From the NCBI GenBank assembly GCA_051439505.1, contig JBFRWI010000151.1, positions 19,413-83,412 of the forward strand: a DNA stretch of 64,000 bases, in the 5' to 3' direction. The translations under genes and the position numbers were made by a program. Below are positions 33,701-40,890 of the stretch, in pieces; positions within the stretch are counted from its first letter, which is position 1, and each line of letters starts with the position of its first letter. This DNA comes from Hormoscilla sp. (lineage in GTDB: Bacteria; Cyanobacteriota; Cyanobacteriia; Cyanobacteriales; Desertifilaceae). A model generated the notes under the pieces. It made no database searches. It worked only from the letters and a program-made list of their open reading frames with translations, and had not been told where the DNA came from.

Positions 33701-34833
33701 TTTCTGTAGCCAATGGCGCGGTAGATGTAGCCACGGCCAGTCACACCTTGGGGCGGGATGCATCATTAGGAGTGGACTTTAGCCCGGCCTATCTGTACAC
33801 GGAACTTGGGGTACTGGTGCGCACCGAGTTGGCAATTAGTTCCACCGCAGGACTGAATGGTTTGACGATCGGCTTCGTAGAAACCGATGACGTGACGACA
33901 TTAAGGGAGAGTTTGGAGCAGCTCAATGTTAGCTTTGCAGAGCGGATGTTTGAGAGTGACGATGCCCTATTTGCCGCCTATGACAATAGCGAGATCGATG
34001 CCGTTGCTCAAGATGCAACTGCTCTAGCAGCTCGCATACCCACTCTGAGCGAGCCCGACGCGCACCAACTGTTCGATGATGAATTTATTGCCAAAATGCC
34101 CTTGGCACTGGCAACGGATGAAAATCAATCGGCATGGGCTGACGTGGTGCGTTGGGTGGTCTATACTCTGGTGAAAGCCGAAGAGTTGGGCATTACTGCA
34201 GACAATGTTGACCAATTGCTTACCTCCGACAATGTTTCCGACGAAGTGAGCTCCTTCTTGGGTATTACGGGAGATGCGGGAGCAGCACTGGGTTTGAGCA
34301 ACGACTTTGCCGCCAACATTATCCGCACGGTGGGCAATTATGCCGAGATTTACAACCGCCACTTTGACTCCTCCATCCTGCGGCGCGATCGCAATGAGTC
34401 CTTCGAGGAGTTCGGGGTGCAAATTGCTCCTGCAACTAGCGATGCATCTTCGTCAGCTCCAGGAGATATTATCCTAGACATTGACGGCAATGGGGTTGTA
34501 GGTGCCTTCAGCGACGGTGTTTTAGCTTTGCGTTATCTGGACGGGGAAACTGGTGACGCTCTCATTGATGGGGCGATCGCGCCTGATGCTGCTCGCAATG
34601 CTGACGAGATTATCGACTACCTAAACTCGATACGGGATACGGTACTAGATGTGGACGGTAACGGTATGGCAGAGGGCCCGACAGATGGCATTCTGTTCTT
34701 CCGCTATCTGACAGGTCTCACAGGTGATGCTCTGATTGATGGGGCGATCGGTCTTGGTGCCACCCGCACCGCTGCGGATGATATTATCGCCCACTTGGAA
34801 TCCTTCATTATGCCCACTCTGAACGACATCTGA
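15733..34833 (+). CDS. Giant (6366 aa) Ca-binding surface/adhesin-like protein: EEIGH N-domain, CSLREA/beta-helix/choice-of-anchor-Q, LamG x6, Calx-beta, FG-GAP, RTX, two amino-acid SBP domains, dockerin-like tail
   Basis: Uninterrupted ORF; DGVTSLREAL, LQDNGGSTETIAL..DSPAID, FDG.IDE.RIW, DIDGDGD.D, GG.G.D nonapeptides, WADVVRWV...AEELGI twice, DIDGNG..G..DG.L..RYL twice. Confidence 0.92.
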   Translation: MSMNANISLETSAANLNRAISETQALLKAFVRDDRFRVEDLTNAFHAGVHEEEFSQLLGQFELGDFSGLPNIEMRSRSDTGGALGVYVADTDMIYLAEDFLENSTISQIVEVLLEEIGHAIDARINATDSAGDEGAIFSALVRGVDLSEAQLEALHRENDRIQLVIDGQTVMAEAATIMVDTLNDTEDSGDGVTSLREALASATSGDTITFDSGGTITLGGSQLEITKDVTIDGDIDNEGTPDITIDADGQSRVFNIDDGSTTQIAVSLEGLTITGGSISGNDDGGGIYNSESLSITNSTISNNSTGTGNNPRGGGINNNSGIVVITNSTISGNSAGADGGGIENFLGTMTIANSTISNNSAAGYDGGGIDNIVGTMTIANSTISGNSAGDDGGGVKNSGMITITNSTISGNSAGDDGGGVNVSSSGLSGFIPYAYLASTIVADNTAGISDNDLFVDASGTISARNSLIERDSDQINGTNTDNITGVDPLLDPNGLQDNGGSTETIALQSDSPAIDTGSNPNGLTSDQRGDNLREFGAGVDIGAFEYQLQIASISDYTATIYETSADFGKALALDGDEDYVALPELGFSGGNTSVSVSAWFKVNESAGERNNIFGFGQDGSTRETFSIRTRGDGGFRFYFWGDDLDVDVDPYYGEWTHVAATYDDTSEMQSVYVNGSLAGERQVSSTPNFANKSYRIGGFNDEYFDGSIDEVRIWEAALTAEEIQDNLYSPLTGTEKDLVAYYSFEDDATTIADQSGNENNGTLQGGAFDESLSFIGYVDLELSSEVFSEPGIIVNYTIESDTASEGDDFYQSQLDISTTDGVDPTNSIFIPQGEDTGRIYLTALPDAIAEDDEELTLRLVSDFDDALSLDGDGDYVDVPDGTWFNGDLTIEAWVYVRNYNNWSRLLDFGNGRADDNVLVALSNGTSGQPRFGVHLGDDPSNLESPVQLPLDSWSHIAVTLSNTTGIMYINGEQVAINEAMNIPAGETRTQNYLGRSNWSSDADADALFDDVRIWDVARTEEEIKANRYNTLVGDEDNLVAYYRFDDGYVSIATTEDATVEDVTGNGNDGKFRGDATITADNSDRNNVLTLDGDGDYIELPNLELSGDTSVSVSAWINVNAGAEDRNNIFGFGNAGENGEVFSIRTRGDGSFRFYFWADDLDVNVNDYYGTWTHVAATYDATSGMQSVYVNGSLVGEPRVATPDFANDNYRIGGFNDEYFDGSLDDVGIWNKALNSEEIDDIINNNITEDGLLAYYDFDKYRVQDATGNGNDGIFYGGVTEESVYNDPFSIDGEGPTYEVDSAQSATITIADSNAYTPGVIVADLFNDEISSDQTENLINIIDDSWEFQVKLASEPTEDVTIDLSTTLGNLDTNSLTFTSDDWTRYQTVTVTNFSSEAAFDLSVTATSNDANYSSAETIAITPTDEVLKLAVTEGGTTQEAPIIPVGVDGTSNAIEDSDEPGIFTITLGDEAPEEGLRIPFSVTSDTDTDFEVVGDEFSLNEAFTFDGVDDYIEFSDSSVGGAFDGGSSAFSITGWINPDALGSTVLANASSSAAGNIELGIDASGNLNLTLDTDADTDTTLNLGNGAIAAGDWQFFGLTLDDSNNGLELDGIDDYVELNPIPATIAAGEALTIEHWIKPDATDAQILFYTGDNTDENGFNGNGSHLHTGINSGGSFTFVYDDDDNDLILIADTSLNAGQWYHLAVSFELGSSDADGELKMYIDGEQVTFEGGQSSLAINSLATTNLDFSRFGRPGSSERYFDGEVDELRVWNVVRTASEIENNRFVSLTGNEPGLVTYYTFDERDDGTIADGSGNGNDGTIEGSPSFAPSLGTVTAYINQPDESNNALELDGIDDYVELNPIPATIAAGEALTIEHWVKPDATDAQILFYTGDDTDENGFNGPGSHLHTGINNGGSFTFVYDDDDNDHILIADTSLNAGQWYHLAASFELGSDDEDGELKMYIDGEQVTFNGGQSSLAIDSSATTALNFSRFGRPGSSERYFGGEVDELRVWNVVRTASEIQNNRFLSLTGNESGLVTYYTFDESNNGTIADGSGNGNDGTLQGAPSFAPSLLRNRVTADEETTSGSSLADPGDTPFTIGASLNNSSFFDGAIDNLAIWDRALTQEEVESLTYQTLTGAEDNLVFYSDGETLQGDATLVTSSLEDSGFSQNIVEFAPGETTAEVGILPINGDDIDSNTNDDITLTLEGSNSVLYELTTSSAEIQLEEDDEVGIIFATLTEQGILDDRAIADLIDIELLTFNSSDDGTTATANFRVRLTEDPTAEVTVTITDGNGTDSTSFTFDSTNWDDYQQTDTNSNLDLTFDSSYLVNVSASSTDTSDTTYNINAMSLPLTVAEQATEISELFTKEADVTVTTTTIDIEFADATDLTVTADSLDTVNLQISASASFTSATLIEGQTLEFDGGVELIVEENTDITNAPTPVNVSVSTGGTIATTDVAAEIPLIATIELEFADATDLTVTAGSVETVNLQIMANSSLTSATLTQGQTLVFDGGVELIVTEDTDITDAPTPVNVYVSTSGTIATTDAASITTTEETITTTSTYSTTFAVGLQSEPTSDVTFDLEINDAGTNEGIFDSDTTTRSLTFTPDNWDSYQEVTLYGVEDHEVDGDQTYSISVTNVSNNDGPYESETGTLSVTNEDIDEAVEELDSDESSLISGDIVASFTQSKVEVNEDGTVDTTFTVSLSEEAPAGGLIVNFEFVEGLGTATLGEDTQVLFSLASVDNFLGEVEVSPEFGAQPVFVDIDGDGDEDAFIGSSKDNGGVTFFQNQGTRDIPSFEEISNGEANEITGDLISLTASSGALAFVDLDGNGVFDALTSEADPADAIDAIDAIAENLGNLRIPMFVDSSTSNNSLENIIGNSSTSSDIPPVPAFVDIDDDGDEDLFITLVEQDTEKIVYYINDGSTDDPFGSATSNDFNDLLADGQAAISSEIEGKSIVFEDIDNDGDFDAFIGKNSGEIVYYENVPDEEGMAEFQLKTEESFLLRNVNIGSTSRLAFTDIDSDGDVDAFVGSGEGYVTFYEGGIGQILIPEEATEVTVDLNELIIDDAIAENTETFDIELLAHIGKATLRVVRNYNPTDGTIGLQLTDEDNALASTSYTIPAGSHLSFTVGGEIVTIAPVSDVTLTQDTQFDIEVTVSEGDATSLSANSSNPITTVFDVTDYEVDETAKTLSVTILDDDEALVNISETSFTTSENGTTSSSFTVTLDSEPTEPVTVYLGTNDTSEGLLAQTVDLQITEAYDSSTGEIGLRIDNSGIYGLVFDAGSTLVFGDGSTATVSETTIVYNSDEGADVPITGDSADLTNIASLAEEDDTGSLVGELDVTGSLVGELVELGFDATNWDEAQTVTIIAQDDDVEDGDISYEIRSTVVSADIKYHEDTVPLEVLAYDASTATVTVQIDSLRVRETTLAAGTSLKFANGTIATVDSDSAVELSNTSSTEVSLTLDTAALGAGAVSTGLVSNADSDNVSAEVRVTQAYDPNTGTIGLELVDPGNLRLEYDAGTTIIFENGATITLDDAVSVRSTNEKLVSVTLNASNVTIPVGETTRFTESISSDITVTNSDDDTAGVTIAINGDALAEGVENNFFSVVLNSEPTGEVNLILSPSDNEIQLEDEFDGTRYTATFDETNWNIPQTIEVTAVDDFEIEYNHSSTITFDLESDDDFYNEDSLVADKEVQIFIEDNDFPVANVEAVAGAIEANAPGYFAITLNQAVSDDFDSTGIVVNYRISGTADADGDETNETDDLQPISGSARIAPGQRSSPLIAFPIDDFKVEGVDLIVNSAATITSGGGAIELEIDVFPFMGSYTAGADTIELQLDTSSDDEVKTILSGGTTLILPNGEVTVATTAIVSNQESTIVELSETDSNSFSDSSVYQQIDLPAGTELKLGDRTVSVREDATVTNESSTSVTVEFADDLTDALDVADGDTTQLQGEIVTVTLDSGDNYEIGDADSASMTIQDNDKPGVRIVEIGGVTTVEEGASSGSEFFVSLLSQPESEVELTLSNSTSNSANLNVLSYDGSNIALQVADTEDISALTLPVDATLTFFDSSGSELGTGTIDNEFFVDDTDEGTTDEATETLTTSDDLSTASTATYSYTEFSFPEGNDNDSDDINEEITLTFDSTNWYELQSVTVFGEDDNVVETGDFHTSNIEYSATGDPTYANLTIADQSIRIIDRVLEKEQTIEALAEGFLAVQDTLDNLELPIVGQMGVFGIFDEFLNELVDALEAQEYITADVLAETIGDTITAQLGVDELTVEVTDLSDTNVALLLSYEDTLEEAIALDTDLGLPALGLGIETSGDLELTLDYDLDLAFGINSDDGFYLDIYSEETDEDNDGETDNVGTSLTANASLALSNEFTATGNMAFLQVDFANGLDSGNSTSGTNISAEIDASFQNPNNANDKTLTLSELTDLRGTSNIFDFLQYELDGSAAIDFLVTTSVEGDTQFPSLSFNLESELNPLFNAANNSETSTLSEFTIDFTEIQMDFGEFIYNMVGPIITDVNDFLDESGLVDVIEFLTEEISLIETLDLVDDFDRDDDGGVNVLELALTIVEATSDLEDPKYQEFFDAVLLIADTADLIVDTLENFENEGAILLNFGEYSFDFNAADSNNDTSSLDPEEEQKEEDTLNDTALSTAEDDLENSTENDSLFEVFDKMDELGISFPLLEDPFTIINLFFGQDVDLVTYDVPELDLEFPLSAEFPIFTGINGVLEGSLAVSSDLEVGFDTFGFSQWEETGFDIEDSYLILDGIYLNDLDDEGEDVPELELNATIAAGVEVNAVVASVKATGGLEGSAELDVVDEGQYTGQSDGKFRISELVNGLSNPLSLLELSGELAAFLRLVVKVGIDVGLFEVTKKVLDEELARVTLFEFTLGGDTTSGDSSGSYIADGTVFFDGNFNQKLDPTEPFTTTDAYGHYVLEIPPSFDLNSDGVIDEIDGQLVSRGGVDSSSGVSAGTLIALPGSTIISPLTSLKAELYQLDLDPDAAETLVLNQLGLEGIIDLDSFDALEAVGSNEELGLDTYLNHVKIQALFNNARGFLHGLQQADPTLAVDGNNLQNVLEAVAQFFIDRPATEPWDLNDMAEVRPFFQFLVDRNEVSATAAQIDAITQIVTDSNSFLDEATAVAQPLGLTSTIPVIASVKRVMQGDLPAIARQLGNGNFTPPDALAEFDSTINQNYVLVDADINAFGNRSVDITVDADSVNENEGAIAQFSINLSDPAPNQGLNLFYAIDGTASEGQDYDLPGTGTGQLFVAPDETQVTIDVTILDDNASKGLEALTLTLVTVGEGYLIDPLGSSATLRIIDDEPPLEESLLDLSDVIEGTIGNDNLTGTEDSDWLDGKEGNDEIAGEGSSDLIFGGYGLDILSGGDGNDVILGHYGDDSLFGEAGDDELRGGSGGDFLDGGPDNDIINGLEGPDRLFGRSGADRLIGGQAIDLLDGGFDNDILEGGSGADLIIGGPGDDLFIGGDDNDLFVLNLPNQGFDRIFDFDPDEGDVIYIVDSSSTVTLDQLRFVNGILDLNGENLALIQNEDQTYAFFPNLEGIIQIVSELPPVPTNPGGPGGPGQGGPGQGGPGLQPQVADKVVTEGLADDPADLSQDLLTQILDRGWVRVAITEFTNGYNRELASGLAAALFGDPTAIEFAILPETEILAAVASGHVDISYELFTPTLESDAAEGIDFGPNVFYNSQVILFKPDAGITDAFDLEGKNMGIVRDSAGLRELNQLLSDNSINANPIFFDSLDDLVRAYDDGEVDAIVQDYESLRRFNTFSNANSFNFLDLDLAVEPKAPVIAENQSPWADVVRWVSQVPSQAEELDIFSRNLERFVSNSTDDRIRRFLGNSGNLGEQLGVRSDFAFQVLDAVGNAEDLFIDRFDIRHRNRNHLWINDGLVYGAPFSDTDQTGELLDNDSRDVLAEVRARGRVNFGIVGDRVGFSAEANGELTGFDVDLGKALAAAVFGDATAVEFIEQGVNSGDRLLSVANGAVDVATASHTLGRDASLGVDFSPAYLYTELGVLVRTELAISSTAGLNGLTIGFVETDDVTTLRESLEQLNVSFAERMFESDDALFAAYDNSEIDAVAQDATALAARIPTLSEPDAHQLFDDEFIAKMPLALATDENQSAWADVVRWVVYTLVKAEELGITADNVDQLLTSDNVSDEVSSFLGITGDAGAALGLSNDFAANIIRTVGNYAEIYNRHFDSSILRRDRNESFEEFGVQIAPATSDASSSAPGDIILDIDGNGVVGAFSDGVLALRYLDGETGDALIDGAIAPDAARNADEIIDYLNSIRDTVLDVDGNGMAEGPTDGILFFRYLTGLTGDALIDGAIGLGATRTAADDIIAHLESFIMPTLNDI
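20542..21950 (+). repeat. Near-identical intragenic duplication of a LamG module (723-bp period)
   Basis: 20542-21227 vs 21265-21950 match over most positions at DNA level. Confidence 0.9.
22864..23371 (+). repeat. Intragenic 267-bp tandem duplication
   Basis: ACAATAGA..TAGAGTTTGCTGATGC...GACGATCGCCACTACAGATG at 22864 and 23131. Confidence 0.85.
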
Positions 34834-34957
34834 TTGAGAAAAAGGCGTTGGGCGATCGCGCAAGACGATGCCTATCGTGGCAGCAAGCGATCGCCCCCCG
34901 ATACTTCGTAGGTTTTGCAAGAGGCAGGGGGCAGGAGATTGCTTCGGGGGGGGGTCT

Positions 34958-35179
34958 GGTCTCCAACAAGGTCTCCAGCAAGGTCTCCAGCAAGGTCTCA
35001 TGAGGGAACGCCAGTACATGATCGAAAGTATCCTGCCCATGGGCTTTGGCGCGATCGATCGGCAACTGGAAGCAATTATCCCGCCATTATTAGCATTATC
35101 GGCAGCATAATTTCTCCCAATACTGCTGGAATTATCTCGTGAAGAATTGTTGGCGAGGTTTGGAGAATTAAACGGTTAG
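34958..35179 (+). pseudogene. C-terminal remnant of an Rpn/PD-(D/E)XK-type gene
   Basis: GLQQGLQQGLQQG..ERQ.MIE..L..GFG.ID.QLE.IIP.LL.L, in-frame TAA at 35108, continues FLPILLELSREELLARF; 5' part replaced by a palindromic element half. Confidence 0.7.
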
Positions 35180-35237
35180 TGGTTAGAATAATTGACAACG
35201 GGCAGCTCTTGTCGCCCGCCCTACGTTTCGGACAAAA

Positions 35238-37919
35238 TTATTTGGTTTTCATCGTGTGGACGCCATCCCAGTAGGGTGGCGGTGGGTCGTTCAGGTAAGC
35301 ATGCGATCGCTCGATATGCACGTCTATAGCTCGATCCTTTGGTTGCAGGTTCTTCGCTTGCTGGAAGTAGTGAATTGCCTGTTGGAAATTCCTGGAAATG
35401 TAGGCGGCACGCCCCAATTTATACAGTTCTAAATATGACTGGGTCACATCATCTAATGCTTCTTGTTTGTAGCCAATTACTTCGTAGATATTGACCGCTT
35501 CGTTTTTGCCCTTGACCCGAATTTTGTCTAGTTCCCGCACCCAGATGCGATCGCGGCAGTAATTGTAAGTAAATTCGCTGATAATCAGGTCGCAACCATA
35601 TTCCTTAGTAACCCCTTCCAGACGGGAACTGAGGTTAACACCATCTCCAATCACGGTATAATCCATCCGTTTTTGGGAGCCAATATTTCCCGATACCACT
35701 TCCCCAGAACTGATGCCCATCCCAATGCGAATTTGGGGCTGGTTTTCCATAAATCTGCGCGCGTTAAATGCTTTCAGACGCTGGCGCATATCCAGGGCCG
35801 ATTGCACTGCCATCCAGGCATGATTCTCTACTGGCAGGGGAGCCCCAAATACGGCCATCAAGGCGTCGCCAATAAATTTATCTAGGGTGCCTTTGTAATT
35901 AAACACCGCCTCCACCATTGTCTCGAAATATTGATTCAGCAGCATTACCACTTCTTGGGCTTCCATATTCTCTGTTAAAGTGGTGTAGCCGCGAATATCA
36001 GAAAATAAAATCGTCACGTCTTTGCGTTCCCCCACCATTAATGAGTCTTCACCCAGGGCCATCACTTGCTCCACTACCCCCGGGTTCATGTAGCGATACA
36101 TGGTGGTTTTCATCCGTTTTTCCTGGCTGATATCTTCCAGCACTATTAAACCACCTCGCACCGCCCCGTCGGGATTTGTCAAAGGGTTGACCGTCAGATT
36201 GATGCTGCGATCGATCTTTTCTACTTCTGAAGCTGGCAATGTCTCCACAATGGGGGAAAGGTCTGGGATATAATTTTCAGAATCACTTATATTCGACAAG
36301 GAAATGCTATTATTTTTCTCAGCCGTCTGGTGAGATTTTTTCCCATTGCTATCAACTCGCTCGTTCCAGGGAATGTATACATCTGTTAAGGTGCGATCGG
36401 GAATTACCAGGATATAGATGCCGCGATCGTCATCAGGTTCCATCTGAGGCTGTGATAAATTATTTTCGCTGACTCCCTTGAGCTGATAGATACCAACTGT
36501 CAAGCTTTGCTCGGGAACATATTGTTTCGTGCCGTGTTTGAGACTATCTTCCAATCGCATTTGCAGATTTTCCACTGGCACCACTTCCCAGACCTGGCGA
36601 CCCAACAGCTTCTGTTCCCACAACCCGATATTTATTTTGCCCGCTGCTTTCTTCACCGGGCAACCCAGTAACTCCAACGCTGCTTCATTCAGGGTAACAA
36701 TTCGACCTTCCATATCCGTGGATATTACCGCATCTGATAAACTTTCCAGAATGTCTTTCTGATATTGTTTCTCTAACAGGACACTTTCAAACAGCTTGGC
36801 ATTTTCCAGGGCCATTCCTGCCTGGATGTTAAATGCCTGCATGAATTCTTCATCCGAACTGGTAAAGCTGCCCTGTTTCTTATTGATCAGTTGGGTTACC
36901 CCGATCAATTCCCCCGCTGAATTAAACACGGGCATGCAGAGGATATTGCGGGTATTGTAGCCACTTTTTTTGTCCGTACTGGGGTCAAACCGGGGGTCTT
37001 CATAGGCGTTGGGAATGTTCAGGGGTTCACCTGTGGAGGCCACATAGCCAGCAATGCCTTTATTGGCGGGAATGCGAATTTCTAGGAGTTTTCGACCGTC
37101 CGCTGTGGCTATTTTGGTCCACAGTTCCCCCGCGTCTTTGCGCAGCATAAATAGGGTACTACGATCGGCCTGCATCAGATCTCTTGCTTGGGCCATTACA
37201 GACTGGAGTGTCGCTTGCACGTCCAGACTCTGACCCAGGGTTTTCGTCGCCTGCAACAGTGCTGCTGCTCCCCGCTGATTCCGCGCCGCCATGTAGAATG
37301 ATTGACAGGTTTCCAGGATGATGCCGATCGAGGAGGCAAACTCCCGGAAGCTTTGTTCGTCGGCGCTGCTAAATCCTGCACCCCCGGCCTTATTCGACAA
37401 CTGCACTACTGCCACTACCTGATTTTTGCTACTCGTTATCGGCATGCACAGCAGGTTCCGGGTATGGTAGCCTGTTTGCTTGTCCAGTTCTTTGTTGAAT
37501 AGGGGATGTCCGCTAGCGTTACTGATGTTAAGATATTTGCCTGTAGTTGCGACTTGACCCGCAATCCCAACGTTCAGAGGAATCCTGATTTCTAATGGCT
37601 TTTGAGAGTCTGTTTGGCTGATTTTCGACCAGAGTTGGCCTTTTTCGGCATCAACCAGAAAGATCGTGGTGCGGTCTGCTTCCAGTATTTGACCTATCTT
37701 TAAGGTCAGTGCATCCATTATTTGCTCTAGCATACTTTCTAGAGCTTCGTTATTGATCAGGTCGATCGCCCGCAGGAATTGCTGGAATTCTGCGGTGATG
37801 AAGTCCAGCAAGCAGACAAATTCTGGCACTGGCAGGTCTTTGACGCGCTGCGTCAATGCTCCCATCATATTGACTTGAGCTAATGAAGCTAGTACGCTGC
37901 CAGTGTTCGGTAGTGCCAT
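35238..37919 (-). CDS. cyaB1: Class III adenylate cyclase, GAF-GAF-PAS-cyclase
   Basis: MALPNTGSVLASL start, two GAF domains with NK..G.F...D motifs, PAS, ILFSDIRGYT, DKFIGDA, GDGVNLSSRLE; ORF track extends to 37988. Confidence 0.92.
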   Translation of the reverse strand: MALPNTGSVLASLAQVNMMGALTQRVKDLPVPEFVCLLDFITAEFQQFLRAIDLINNEALESMLEQIMDALTLKIGQILEADRTTIFLVDAEKGQLWSKISQTDSQKPLEIRIPLNVGIAGQVATTGKYLNISNASGHPLFNKELDKQTGYHTRNLLCMPITSSKNQVVAVVQLSNKAGGAGFSSADEQSFREFASSIGIILETCQSFYMAARNQRGAAALLQATKTLGQSLDVQATLQSVMAQARDLMQADRSTLFMLRKDAGELWTKIATADGRKLLEIRIPANKGIAGYVASTGEPLNIPNAYEDPRFDPSTDKKSGYNTRNILCMPVFNSAGELIGVTQLINKKQGSFTSSDEEFMQAFNIQAGMALENAKLFESVLLEKQYQKDILESLSDAVISTDMEGRIVTLNEAALELLGCPVKKAAGKINIGLWEQKLLGRQVWEVVPVENLQMRLEDSLKHGTKQYVPEQSLTVGIYQLKGVSENNLSQPQMEPDDDRGIYILVIPDRTLTDVYIPWNERVDSNGKKSHQTAEKNNSISLSNISDSENYIPDLSPIVETLPASEVEKIDRSINLTVNPLTNPDGAVRGGLIVLEDISQEKRMKTTMYRYMNPGVVEQVMALGEDSLMVGERKDVTILFSDIRGYTTLTENMEAQEVVMLLNQYFETMVEAVFNYKGTLDKFIGDALMAVFGAPLPVENHAWMAVQSALDMRQRLKAFNARRFMENQPQIRIGMGISSGEVVSGNIGSQKRMDYTVIGDGVNLSSRLEGVTKEYGCDLIISEFTYNYCRDRIWVRELDKIRVKGKNEAVNIYEVIGYKQEALDDVTQSYLELYKLGRAAYISRNFQQAIHYFQQAKNLQPKDRAIDVHIERSHAYLNDPPPPYWDGVHTMKTK

Positions 37920-38168
37920 GAGGATGCGGGAGAGGGTTTTATGCTTGCGCTCCTGGTGGGTATACCTGACTATCTCGTTAACGCGCATGCATGTTAACTG
38001 GCGATGCTAGTAATAAGAGGAAACCTACTACTGCTGATGCTCTGATTTTAAGGTTCACTCCATAGTCGATCCACCAGTGAGAACCTGGAAGGCGCCATCA
38101 ATTTCACCAATGTATCCCACCATTACCTTACCTGCAAGTAATCTGAGACACAAATAGCTGCAAATATT

Positions 38169-39296
38169 TTAGGCTGCTATTACCTGCGGCGTCATTATCC
38201 CTTGGTAGTATCGGCGCAGCTGCCTGGTGGCTGCCTGCCAACCCCAGCGTTCTGCTTCGGCCCGGGCATTGCGCCGCAGAGTAACTCGAAGTTCGCTATT
38301 TTCTAGGAGACGCACTGTGGCCGCGATCGCCCCTTCTTCGTCCGTGGGATCGAATAGATAACCGTTGACCTCATCGGTGACAATATCAATTATCCCGCCA
38401 GTCCCGGCGGCGACCACTGGACACCCAGCTGCCATGGCTTCTAATAGCACTAATCCTAAGGTTTCCGTGCGGGAGGGAAAGATAAAGGCGTCTGCGGATG
38501 CAAAGGCCGATGCTAGTTCTACGCCGTGGAGATAACCGACGAAATGGGTGGGCGTATCGGCAAAATGGGCTTCCAGGGCCGCGCGATGGGGGCCATCTCC
38601 GACTAAGGCCAGTCTGGCGTTAGGAATTGCTTCTAAGACTGGTTTTATCCGATCGATTTCTTTTTCCGCACCCAGACGCCCTACATATAGTAGTAAGGGA
38701 CTTTCGGGATGTCCTTGAGTCAGACGCCATCGCATTTCTGGCGATGCCAATTCGGGATCGAACAATTCTGTATCCACGCCCCGCTGCCATAGGTCTACTC
38801 TTTCTATCCCGTGCGATCGCAGTTCCGATACCATTGCCGTTGAGGTACATAAATTCAAAGCCGCTTGATTATGGGCCCCTTTGAGCATTTCCCAGAGCAC
38901 TGGTTCTAGCATTCCCAATCCATAATGCTGTAAATATTTTGGGAGATGGGTATGGTAGGATGCTACCAGGGGAATATTCATAGTCTTGGCATAATATATC
39001 CCGCCCAATCCCAATATTGCTGGGTTGGCTACATGCACGATATCTGGCTGGAACTTCTCCAGAACTTCGCCTATTTCTGGGCGCGGAAACGCCATTTTCA
39101 ACTCCGGATACCAGGGTAGGGGCATCCAGGATAATCCATGGATTTGGGCCCCTTTGTATTCCGTCAGCCCTCCCTCTGGGCAGAGGATCAGTACCCGATC
39201 GCCGTTACGTTGTAAGTGGTCTATTGTATGACGCAGGCGCGTCACTATGCCGTCTACTTTGGGCAGAAATGTTTCAGTAAAAAGAGCGATGCGCAT
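38169..39296 (-). CDS. sqdX: Sulfoquinovosyldiacylglycerol synthase (GT4)
   Basis: MRIALFTETFLPKVDGIVTRL, FPSRTETLGLVLLEAMAAG; adjacent to sqdB. Confidence 0.93.
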   Translation of the reverse strand: MRIALFTETFLPKVDGIVTRLRHTIDHLQRNGDRVLILCPEGGLTEYKGAQIHGLSWMPLPWYPELKMAFPRPEIGEVLEKFQPDIVHVANPAILGLGGIYYAKTMNIPLVASYHTHLPKYLQHYGLGMLEPVLWEMLKGAHNQAALNLCTSTAMVSELRSHGIERVDLWQRGVDTELFDPELASPEMRWRLTQGHPESPLLLYVGRLGAEKEIDRIKPVLEAIPNARLALVGDGPHRAALEAHFADTPTHFVGYLHGVELASAFASADAFIFPSRTETLGLVLLEAMAAGCPVVAAGTGGIIDIVTDEVNGYLFDPTDEEGAIAATVRLLENSELRVTLRRNARAEAERWGWQAATRQLRRYYQGIMTPQVIAA

Positions 39297-39366
39297 ATTT
39301 TTTTCTAGGTCATTAAAGATTTGGTCATTTATCAGTTACCCAGGACAAATGACCAAATACAAAGGA

Positions 39367-40530
<1,164 letters not shown>

Positions 40531-40890
40531 TTAATCTTGCTTGCCAATCTTCGGTCAATTTAGCAGGTTTGCGTCACCTTTGGGAAAACTTGCTTTTCCT
40601 TATATAGCATAAATGCCTATTTGATTTGGCAGCTTCTCTTTTCTGCAACTGCAACAGTCGTACCGGCGTCCTTCTTTTTCTGCAAACCACCGGCGATCTA
40701 TCTGGTTGCCACCGGCGATCGGCGATTGACAACCGGCAATAGCAGGATTTTGACCGGTGGTGGGATTATTCCTACCGTCGGGTTTGGTGGGGACTCGGTG
40801 AGTAAAACTTCATGGGGGCGATCGCATTTATTCGGTGCGGGCAAATTCCCATGATTATTACAATTATTCCATTTTACGAATTTTTATACT

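Noticed and set aside
15757..34422. Many short minus-strand ORFs within the giant gene
   Set aside because: Expected antisense by-products of codon bias
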